Below, one piece after another: positions 54,901 to 64,000 of a DNA stretch of 64,000 bases. The DNA comes from Auanema rhodensis. Lineage: Eukaryota > Animalia > Nematoda. Within the stretch, counting starts at the first letter, position 1. Each line of letters starts with the position of its first letter. The notes beneath the pieces are model-generated. The model saw only the letters and a program-made list of their open reading frames with translations. It searched no databases and had not been told where the DNA came from. Both the position numbers and the translations under genes were made by a program. The DNA lies in contig OZ059900.1 in the NCBI GenBank assembly GCA_964057225.1, positions 8,184,001 through 8,248,000 of the forward strand, given 5' to 3'.

Positions 54901-55943
54901 TGTATTTTGCACGAATGGCAAAACTGATTGAAATATGGGCCTTTTTATGCTCAAAACGCCATATATTCAACGATTTTGGGTACAAAACATGTGAAAACTG
55001 TATGTTTTGATCAGACCCTTTGAGATATGGATTTGAAATTCAGGATTCATAAACTTTGACTATTTTTACATATATATGTTCAATTTTAACCACTTTGGTC
55101 GAAAAGGACCGAAAATATCAAGAATTATTGGTTTTTTGGGGTTTGAAGGGCATTTTGGCTAAATCAGTCAAACTCTTGATCTTAAGCATATTTTTTTCTT
55201 CTAAAACGACTAAATGTATGAAATACTGTCTTAGAATGTTCATATAGGTGTATTTTGCACGAATATCAAAACTGATTGAAATATGGGCCTTTTTATGCTC
55301 AAAACGCCATATATTCAACGATTTTGGGTACAAAACATGTGAAAACTGTATGTTTTGATCAGACCCTTTGAGATATGGATTTGAAATTCAGGATTCATAA
55401 ACTTTGACTATTTTTACATATATATGTCCAATTTTAACCACTTTGGTCAAAAAGGACCGAAAATATCAAGAATTATTGGTTTTTTGGGGATTGAAGGGCA
55501 TTTTGGCAAAATCAGTCAAACTTTTGATCTTAAGCATATTTTTTTCTTCTAAAACGACTAAATGTATGGAATACTGTCATAGAATGTTGATATAGGTGTA
55601 TTTTGCACGAATATCGAAACTGATTGAAATATGGGCCTTTTTATGCTCAAAACGCCATATATTCAACGATTTTGGGTACAAAACATGTGAAAACTGTATG
55701 TTTTGATCAGACCCTTTGAGATATGGATTTGAAATTCAGGATTCATAAACTTTGACTATTTTCACATATATATGTTCAATTTTAACCACTTTGGTCAAAA
55801 AGGACCGAAAATATCAAGAATTATTGGTTTTTTGGGGTTTGAAGGACATTTTAGCTAAATCAGTCAAACTTTTGATCTTAAGCATACTTTTTTCTTCTAA
55901 AACGACTAAATGTATGGAATACTGTCATAGAATGTTGATATAG
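48984..55943. repeat. Higher-order repeat: tandem duplication of a 10-monomer (3480-bp) block
   Basis: Private variants recur 3480 bp apart: ACAACTACATG (monomers 50184/53664), ATATTAAGAA, GTCTTAGAA (51576/55056) and TTTTAGCT (52272/55752). Confidence 0.92.
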
Positions 55944-58900
55944 GTGTATTTTGCACGAATATCGAAACTGATTGAAATATGGGCCTTTTTATGCTCAAAA
56001 CGCCATATATTCAACGATTTTGGGTACAAAACATGTGAAAACTGTATGTTTTGATCAGACCCTTTGAGATATGGATTTGAAATTCAGGATTCATAAACTT
56101 TGACTATTTTTACATGTATATGTTCAATTTTAACCACTTTGGTCGAAAAGGACCGAAAATATCAAGAATTATTGGTTTTTTGGGGTTTGAAGGGCATTTT
56201 GGCAAAATCAGTCAAACTTTTGATCTTAAGCATATTTTTTTCTTCTAAAACAACTATATGTATGAAATACTGTCATAGAATGTTCATATAGGTGTATTTT
56301 GCACGAATATCAAAACTGATTGAAATATGGGCCTTTTTATGCTCAAAACGCCATATATTCAACGATTTTGGGTACAAAACATGTGAAAACTGTATGTTTT
56401 GATCAGACTCTTTGAGATATGGATTTGAAATTCAGGATTCATAAACTTTGACTATTTTTACATATATATGTTCAATTTTAACCACTTTGGTCAAAAAGGA
56501 CCGAAAATATTAAGAATTATTGGTTTTTTGGGGATTGAAGGGCATTTTGGCAAAATCAGTCAAACTTTTGATCTTAAGCATATTTTTTTCTTCTAAAACG
56601 ACTAAATGTATGGAATACTGTCATAGAATGTTGATATAGGTGTATTTTGCACGAATATCGAAACTGATTGAAATATGGGCCTTTTTATGCTCAAAACGCC
56701 ATATATTCAACGATTTTGGGTACAAAACATGTGAAAACTGTATGTTTTGATCAGACCCTTTGAGATATGGATTTGAAATTCAGGATTTATAAACTTCGAC
56801 TATTTTTACATATATATGTCCAATTTTAACCACTTTGGTCAAAAAGGACCGAAAATATCAAGAATTATTGGTTTTTTGGGGTTTGAAGGGCATTTTGGCT
56901 AAATCAGTCAAACTTTTGATCTTAAGCATATTTTTTTCTTCTAAAACGACTAAATTTATGAAATACTGTCATAGAATGTTGATATAAGTGTATTTTGCAC
57001 GAATATCAAAACTGATTGAAATATGGGCCTTTTTATGCTCAAAACGCCATATATTCAACGATTTTGGGTACAAAACATGTGAAAACTGTATGTTTTGATC
57101 AGACCCTTTGAGATATGGATTTCAAATTCAGGATTCATAAACTTTGACTATTTTTACATATATATGTTCAATTTTAACCACTTTGGTCAAAAAGGACCGA
57201 AAATATCAAGAATTATTGGTTTTTTGGGGTTTGAAGGGCATTTTGGCAAAATCAGTCAAACTTTTGATCTTAAGCATATTTTTTTCTTCTAAAACAACTA
57301 CATGTATGAAATACTGTCATAGAATGTTCATATAGGTGTATTTTGCACGAATATCAAAACTGATTGAAATATGGGCCTTTTTATGCTCAAAACGCCATAT
57401 ATTCAACGATTTTGGGTACAAAACATGTGAAAACTGTATGTTTTGATCAGACTCTTTGAGATATGGATTTGAAATTCAGGATTCATAAACTTTGACTATT
57501 TTTACATATATATGTTCAATTTTAACCACTTTGGTCAAAAAGGACCGAAAATATTAAGAATTATTGGTTTTTTGGGGATTGAAGGGCATTTTGGCAAAAT
57601 CAGTCAAACTTTTGATCTTAAGCATATTTTTTTCTTCTAAAACGACTAAATGTATGGAATACTGTCATAGAATGTTGATATAGGTGTATTTTGCACGAAT
57701 ATCGAAACTGATTGAAATATGGGCCTTTTTATGCTCAAAACGCCATATATTCAACGATTTTGGGTACAAAACATGTGAAAACTGTATGTTTTGATCAGAC
57801 CCTTTGAGATATGGATTTGAAATTCAGGATTCATAAACTTTGACTATTTTTACATATATATGTTCAATTTTAACCACTTTGGTCAAAAAGGACCGAAAAT
57901 ATCAAGAATTATTGGTTTTTTGGGGTTTGAAGGGCATTTTGGCAAAATCAGTCAAACTTTTGATCTTAAGCATATTTTTTTCTTCTAAAACGACTAAATG
58001 TATGGAATACTGTCATAGAATGTTGATATAAGTGTATTTTGCACGAATATCAAAACTGATTGAAATATGGGCCTTTTTATGCTCAAAACGCCATATATTC
58101 AACGATTTTGGGTACAAAACATGTGAAAACTGTATGTTTTGATCAGACCCTTTGAGATATGGATTTGAAATTCAGGATTCATAAACTTTGACTATTTTTA
58201 CATATATATGTCCAGTTTTAACCACTTTGGTCAAAAAGGACCGAAAATATCAAGAATTATTGGTTTTTTGGGGTTTGAAGGGCATTTTGGCAAAATCAGT
58301 CAAACTTTTGATCTTAAGCATATTTTTTTCTTCTAAAACGACTAAATGTATGAAATACTGTCAAAGAATGTTCATATAGGTGTATTTTGCACGAATATCA
58401 AAACTGATTGAAATATGGGCCTTTTTATGCTCAAAACGCCATATATTCAACGATTTTGGGTACAAAACATGTGAAAACTGTATGTTTTGATCAGACTCTT
58501 TGAGATATGGATTTGAAATTCAGGATTCATAAACTTTGACTATTTTTACATATATATGTTCAATTTTAACCACTTTGGTCAAAAAGGACCGAAAATATCA
58601 AGAATTATTGGTTTTTTGGGGATTGAAGGGCATTTTGGCAAAATCAGTCAAACTTTTGATCTTAAGCATATTTTTTTCTTCTAAAACGACTAAATGTATG
58701 GAATACTGTCATAGAATGTTGATATAGGTGTATTTTGCACGAATATCGAAACTGATTGAAATATGGGCCTTTTTATGCTCAAAACGCCATATATTCAACG
58801 ATTTTGGGTACAAAACATGTGAAAACTGTATGTTTTGATCAGACCCTTTGAGATATGGATTTGAAATTCAGGATTTATAAACTTCGACTATTTTTACATA

Positions 58901-59590
58901 TATATGTCCAATTTTAACCACTTTGGTCAAAAAGGACCGAAAATATCAAGAATTATTGGTTTTTTGGGGTTTGAAGGGCATTTTGGCTAAATCAGTCAAA
59001 CTTTTGATCTTAAGCATATTTTTTTCTTCTAAAACGACTAAATTTATGAAATACTGTCATAGAATGTTCATATAGGTGTATTTTGCACGAATGGCAAAAC
59101 TGATTGAAATATGGGCCTTTTTATGCTCAAAACGCCATATATTCAACGATTTTGGGTACAAAACATGTGAAAACTGTATGTTTTGATCAGACCCTTTGAG
59201 ATATGGATTTGAAATTCAGGATTCATAAACTTTGACTATTTTTACATATATATGTTCAATTTTAACCACTTTGGTCGAAAAGGACCGAAAATATCAAGAA
59301 TTATTGGTTTTTTGGGGTTTGAAGGGCATTTTGGCTAAATCAGTCAAACTCTTGATCTTAAGCATATTTTTTTCTTCTAAAACGACTAAATGTATGAAAT
59401 ACTGTCTTAGAATGTTCATATAGGTGTATTTTGCACGAATATCAAAACTGATTGAAATATGGGCCTTTTTATGCTCAAAACGCCATATATTCAACGATTT
59501 TGGGTACAAAACATGTGAAAACTGTATGTTTTGATCAGACCCTTTGAGATATGGATTTGAAATTCAGGATTCATAAACTTTGACTATTTT

Positions 59591-59597
59591 CACATGT
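59591..59597. other. 6-bp deletion (TATATA) in one monomer, giving a 342-bp unit
   Basis: Reads CACATGTTCA instead of CACATATATATGTTCA. ORF phase shifts by -6 downstream (59580 to 59922). Confidence 0.95.
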
Positions 59598-62500
59598 TCA
59601 ATTTTAACCACTTTGGTCAAAAAGGACCGAAAATATCAAGAATTATTGGTTTTTTGGGGTTTGAAGGACATTTTAGCTAAATCAGTCAAACTTTTGATCT
59701 TAAGCATACTTTTTTCTTCTAAAACGACTAAATGTATGGAATACTGTCATAGAATGTTGATATAGGTGTATTTTGCACGAATATCGAAACTGATTGAAAT
59801 ATGGGCCTTTTTATGCTCAAAACGCCATATATTCAACGATTTTGGGTACAAAACATGTGAAAACTGTATGTTTTGATCAGACCCTTTGAGATATGGATTT
59901 GAAATTCAGGATTCATAAACTTTGACTATTTTTACATATATATGTTCAATTTTAACCACTTTGGTCAAAAAGGACCGAAAATATCAAGAATTATTGGTTT
60001 TTTGGGGTTTGAAGGGCATTTTGGCAAAATCAGTCAAACTTTTGATCTTAAGCATATTTTTTTCTTCTAAAACAACTATATGTATGAAATACTGTCATAG
60101 AATGTTCATATAGGTGTATTTCGCACGAATATCAAAACTGATTGAAATATGGGCCTTTTTATGCTCAAAACGCCATATATTCAACGATTTTGGGTACAAA
60201 ACATGTGAAAACTGTATGTTTTGATCAGACCCTTTGAGATATGGATTTGAAATTCAGGATTCATAAACTTTGACTATTTTTACATATATATGTCCAATTT
60301 TAACCACTTTGGTCAAAAAGGACCGAAAATATCAAGAATTATTGGTTTTTTGGGGTTTGAAGGGCATTTTGGCTAAATCAGTCAAACTTTTGATCTTAAG
60401 CATATTTTTTTCTTCTAAAACGACTAAATGTATGGAATACTGTCATAGAATCTTGATATAAGTGTATTTTGCACGAATATCAAAACTGATTGAAATATGG
60501 GCCTTTTTATGCTCAAAACGCCATATATTCAACGATTTTGGGTACAAAACATGTGAAAACTGTATGTTTTGATCAGACCCTTTGAGATATGGATTTGAAA
60601 TTCAGGATTCATAAACTTCGACTATTTTCACATATATATGTTCAATTTTAACCACTTTGGTCAAAAAGGACCGAAAATATCAAGAATTATTGGTTTTTTG
60701 GGGTTTGAAGGACATTTTGGCTAAATCAGTCAAACTTTTGATCTTAAGCATATTTTTTTCTTCTAAAACGACTAAATGTATGAAATACTGTCATAGAATG
60801 TTCATATAGGTGTATTTTGCACGAATATCAAAACTGATTGAAATATGGGCCTTTTTATGCTCAAAACGCCATATATTCAACGATTTTGGGTACAAAACAT
60901 GTGAAAACTGTATGTTTTGATCAGACCCTTTGAGATATGGATTTCAAATTCAGGATTCATAAACTTTGACTATTTTTACATATATATGTTCAATTTTAAC
61001 CACTTTGGTCAAAAAGGACCGAAAATATCAAGAATTATTGGTTTTTTGGGGTTTGAAGGGCATTTTGGCAAAATCAGTCAAACTTTTGATCTTAAGCATA
61101 TTTTTTTCTTCTAAAACGACTAAATGTATGGAATACTGTCATAGAATGTTGATATAGGTGTATTTTGCACGAATATCGAAACTGATTGAAATATGGGCCT
61201 TTTTATGCTCAAAACGCCATATATTCAACGATTTTGGGTACAAAACATGTGAAAACTGTATGTTTTGATCAGACCCTTTGAGATATGGATTTGAAATTCA
61301 GGATTTATAAACTTTGACTATTTTTACATATATATGTCCAATTTTAACCACTTTGGTCAAAAAGGACCGAAAATATCAAGAATTATTGGTTTTTTGGGGT
61401 TTGAAGGGCATTTTGGCTAAATCAGTCAAACTTTTGATCTTAAGCATATTTTTTTCTTCTAAAACGACTAAATTTATGAAATACTGTCATAGAATGTTCA
61501 TATAGGTGTATTTTGCACGAATGGCAAAACTGATTGAAATATGGGCCTTTTTATGCTCAAAACGCCATATATTCAACGATTTTGGGTACAAAACATGTGA
61601 AAACTGTATGTTTTGATCAGACCCTTTGAGATATGGATTTGAAATTCAGGATTCATAAACTTTGACTATTTTTACATATATATGTTCAATTTTAACCACT
61701 TTGGTCGAAAAGGACCGAAAATATCAAGAATTATTGGTTTTTTGGGGTTTGAAGGGCATTTTGGCTAAATCAGTCAAACTCTTGATCTTAAGCATATTTT
61801 TTTCTTCTAAAACGACTAAATGTATGAAATACTGTCATAGAATGTTCATATAGGTGTATTTTGCACGAATATCAAAACTGATTGAAATATGGGCCTTTTT
61901 ATGCTCAAAACGCCATATATTCAACGATTTTGGGTACAAAACATGTGAAAACTGTATGTTTTGATCAGACCCTTTGAGATATGGATTTGAAATTCAGGAT
62001 TCATAAACTTTGACTATTTTTACATATATATGTCCAATTTTAACCACTTTGGTCAAAAAGGACCGAAAATATCAAGAATTATTGGTTTTTTGGGGTTTGA
62101 AGGGCATTTTGGCTAAATCAGTCAAACTTTTGATCTTAAGCATATTTTTTTCTTCTAAAACGACTAAATGTATGGAATACTGTCAAAGAATGTTCATATA
62201 GGTGTATTTTGCACGAATATCAAAACTGATTGAAATATGGGCCTTTTTATGCTCAAAACGCCATATATTCAACGATTTTGGGTACAAAACATGTGAAAAC
62301 TGTATGTTTTGATCAGACCCTTTGAGATATGGATTTGGAATTCAGGATTCATAAACTTTGACTATTTTCACATATATATGTTCAATTTTAACCACTTTGG
62401 TCAAAAAGGACCGAAAATATCAAGAATTATTGGTTTTTTGGGGTTTGAAGGACATTTTGGCTAAATCAGTCAAACTTTTGATCTTAAGCATATTTTTTTC

Positions 62501-64000
62501 TTCTAAAACGACTAAATGTATGGAATACTGTCATAGAATCTTGATATAAGTGTATTTTGCACGAATATCAAAACTGATTGAAATATGGGCCTTTTTATGC
62601 TCAAAACGCCATATATTCAACGATTTTGGGTACAAAACATGTGAAAACTGTATGTTTTGATCAGACCCTTTGAGATATGGATTTGAAATTCAGGATTCAT
62701 AAACTTCGACTATTTTCACATATATATGTTCAATTTTAACCACTTTGGTCAAAAAGGACCGAAAATATCAAGAATTATTGGTTTTTTGGGGTTTGAAGGA
62801 CATTTTGGCTAAATCAGTCAAACTTTTGATCTTAAGCATATTTTTTTCTTCTAAAACGACTAAATGTATGAAATACTGTCATAGAATGTTCATATAGGTG
62901 TATTTTGAACGAATATCAAAACTGATTGAAATATGGGCCTTTTTATGCTCAAAACGCCATATATTCAACGATTTTGGGTACAAAACATGTGAAAACTGTA
63001 TGTTTTGATCAGACCCTTTGAGATATGGATTTCAAATTCAGGATTCATAAACTTTGACTATTTTTACATATATATGTCCAGTTTTAACCACTTTGGTCAA
63101 AAAGGACCGAAAATATCAAGAATTATTGGTTTTTTGGGGTTTGAAGGGCATTTTGGCAAAATCAGTCAAACTTTTGATCTTAAGCATATTTTTTTCTTCT
63201 AAAACGACTAAATGTATGAAATACTGTCAAAGAATGTTCATATAGGTGTATTTTGCACGAATATCAAAACTGATTGAAATATGGGCCTTTTTATGCTCAA
63301 AACGCCATATATTCAACGATTTTGGGTACAAAACATGTGAAAACTGTATGTTTTGATCAGACTCTTTGAGATATGGATTTGAAATTCAGGATTCATAAAC
63401 TTTGACTATTTTTACATATATATGTTCAATTTTAACCACTTTGGTCAAAAAGGACCGAAAATATCAAGAATTATTGGTTTTTTGGGGATTGAAGGGCATT
63501 TTGGCAAAATCAGTCAAACTTTTGATCTTAAGCATATTTTTTTCTTCTAAAACGACTAAATGTATGGAATACTGTCATAGAATGTTGATATAGGTGTATT
63601 TTGCACGAATATCGAAACTGATTGAAATATGGGCCTTTTTATGCTCAAAACGCCATATATTCAACGATTTTGGGTACAAAACATGTGAAAACTGTATGTT
63701 TTGATCAGACCCTTTGAGATATGGATTTGAAATTCAGGATTTATAAACTTCGACTATTTTTACATATACATGTCCAATTTTAACCACTTTGGTCAAAAAG
63801 GACCGAAAATATCAAGAATTATTGGTTTTTTGGGGTTTGAAGGGCATTTTGGCTAAATCAGTCAAACTTTTGATCTTAAGCATATTTTTTTCTTCTAAAA
63901 CGACTAAATTCATGAAATACTGTCATAGAATGTTCATATAGGTGTATTTTGCACGAATGGCAAAACTGATTGAAATATGGGCCTTTTTATGCTCAAAACG

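Larger units (their letters stand above)
24101..64000. repeat. 348-bp satellite tandem array, right segment (~114.7 monomers; continues beyond window end)
   Basis: Same unit and orientation. It resumes exactly where the interrupted monomer stopped (TATATGTTCAATTTT). The phase shift across the insertion is 1308 bp = 1306-bp element + 2-bp TSD. Confidence 0.99.

Noticed and set aside
51638-59509. 71-aa minus-strand ORFs (three copies)
   Set aside because: Opened only by the GTCTTAG point variant removing a stop; satellite artefact.
504-63593. Well over a hundred near-identical 61-65 aa + strand ORFs (MTIFTYIC..., MIRPFEIW...)
   Set aside because: They start at TTG rather than ATG, are gained or lost by single satellite substitutions, show mostly amino-acid-changing variants and have no recognisable domain. 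They are by-products of the repeat.
1-64000. CRISPR-like array
   Set aside because: The whole 348-bp unit repeats; there are no unique spacers and no cas genes.

Overview
The window is almost entirely one AT-rich (~31% GC, hand count of the first unit) head-to-tail satellite array of about 180 near-identical 348-bp monomers. It is interrupted once by a complete 1306-bp Tc1/mariner-superfamily DNA transposon (22795-24100). The element has perfect 28-bp terminal inverted repeats, a TA target-site duplication and an intact 344-aa transposase with a DD37D triad (maT family). It sits in the central TA of a 12-bp palindrome (ACATATATATGT) that nearly every monomer carries, and three other monomers show private lesions in that same palindrome. 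Monomer variants define local higher-order repeats (4-, 9-, 10-mer and variable 5-8-mer blocks) plus long-range copies. Each monomer has ~10-bp-phased A/T tracts, a low-variation two-hairpin segment and traces of a ~116-bp trimeric substructure. The many 61-71 aa ORFs are satellite artefacts. A eukaryotic (invertebrate, plausibly nematode) source is inferred from the transposon family, not proven. I see no host genes, RNA genes or CRISPR array.
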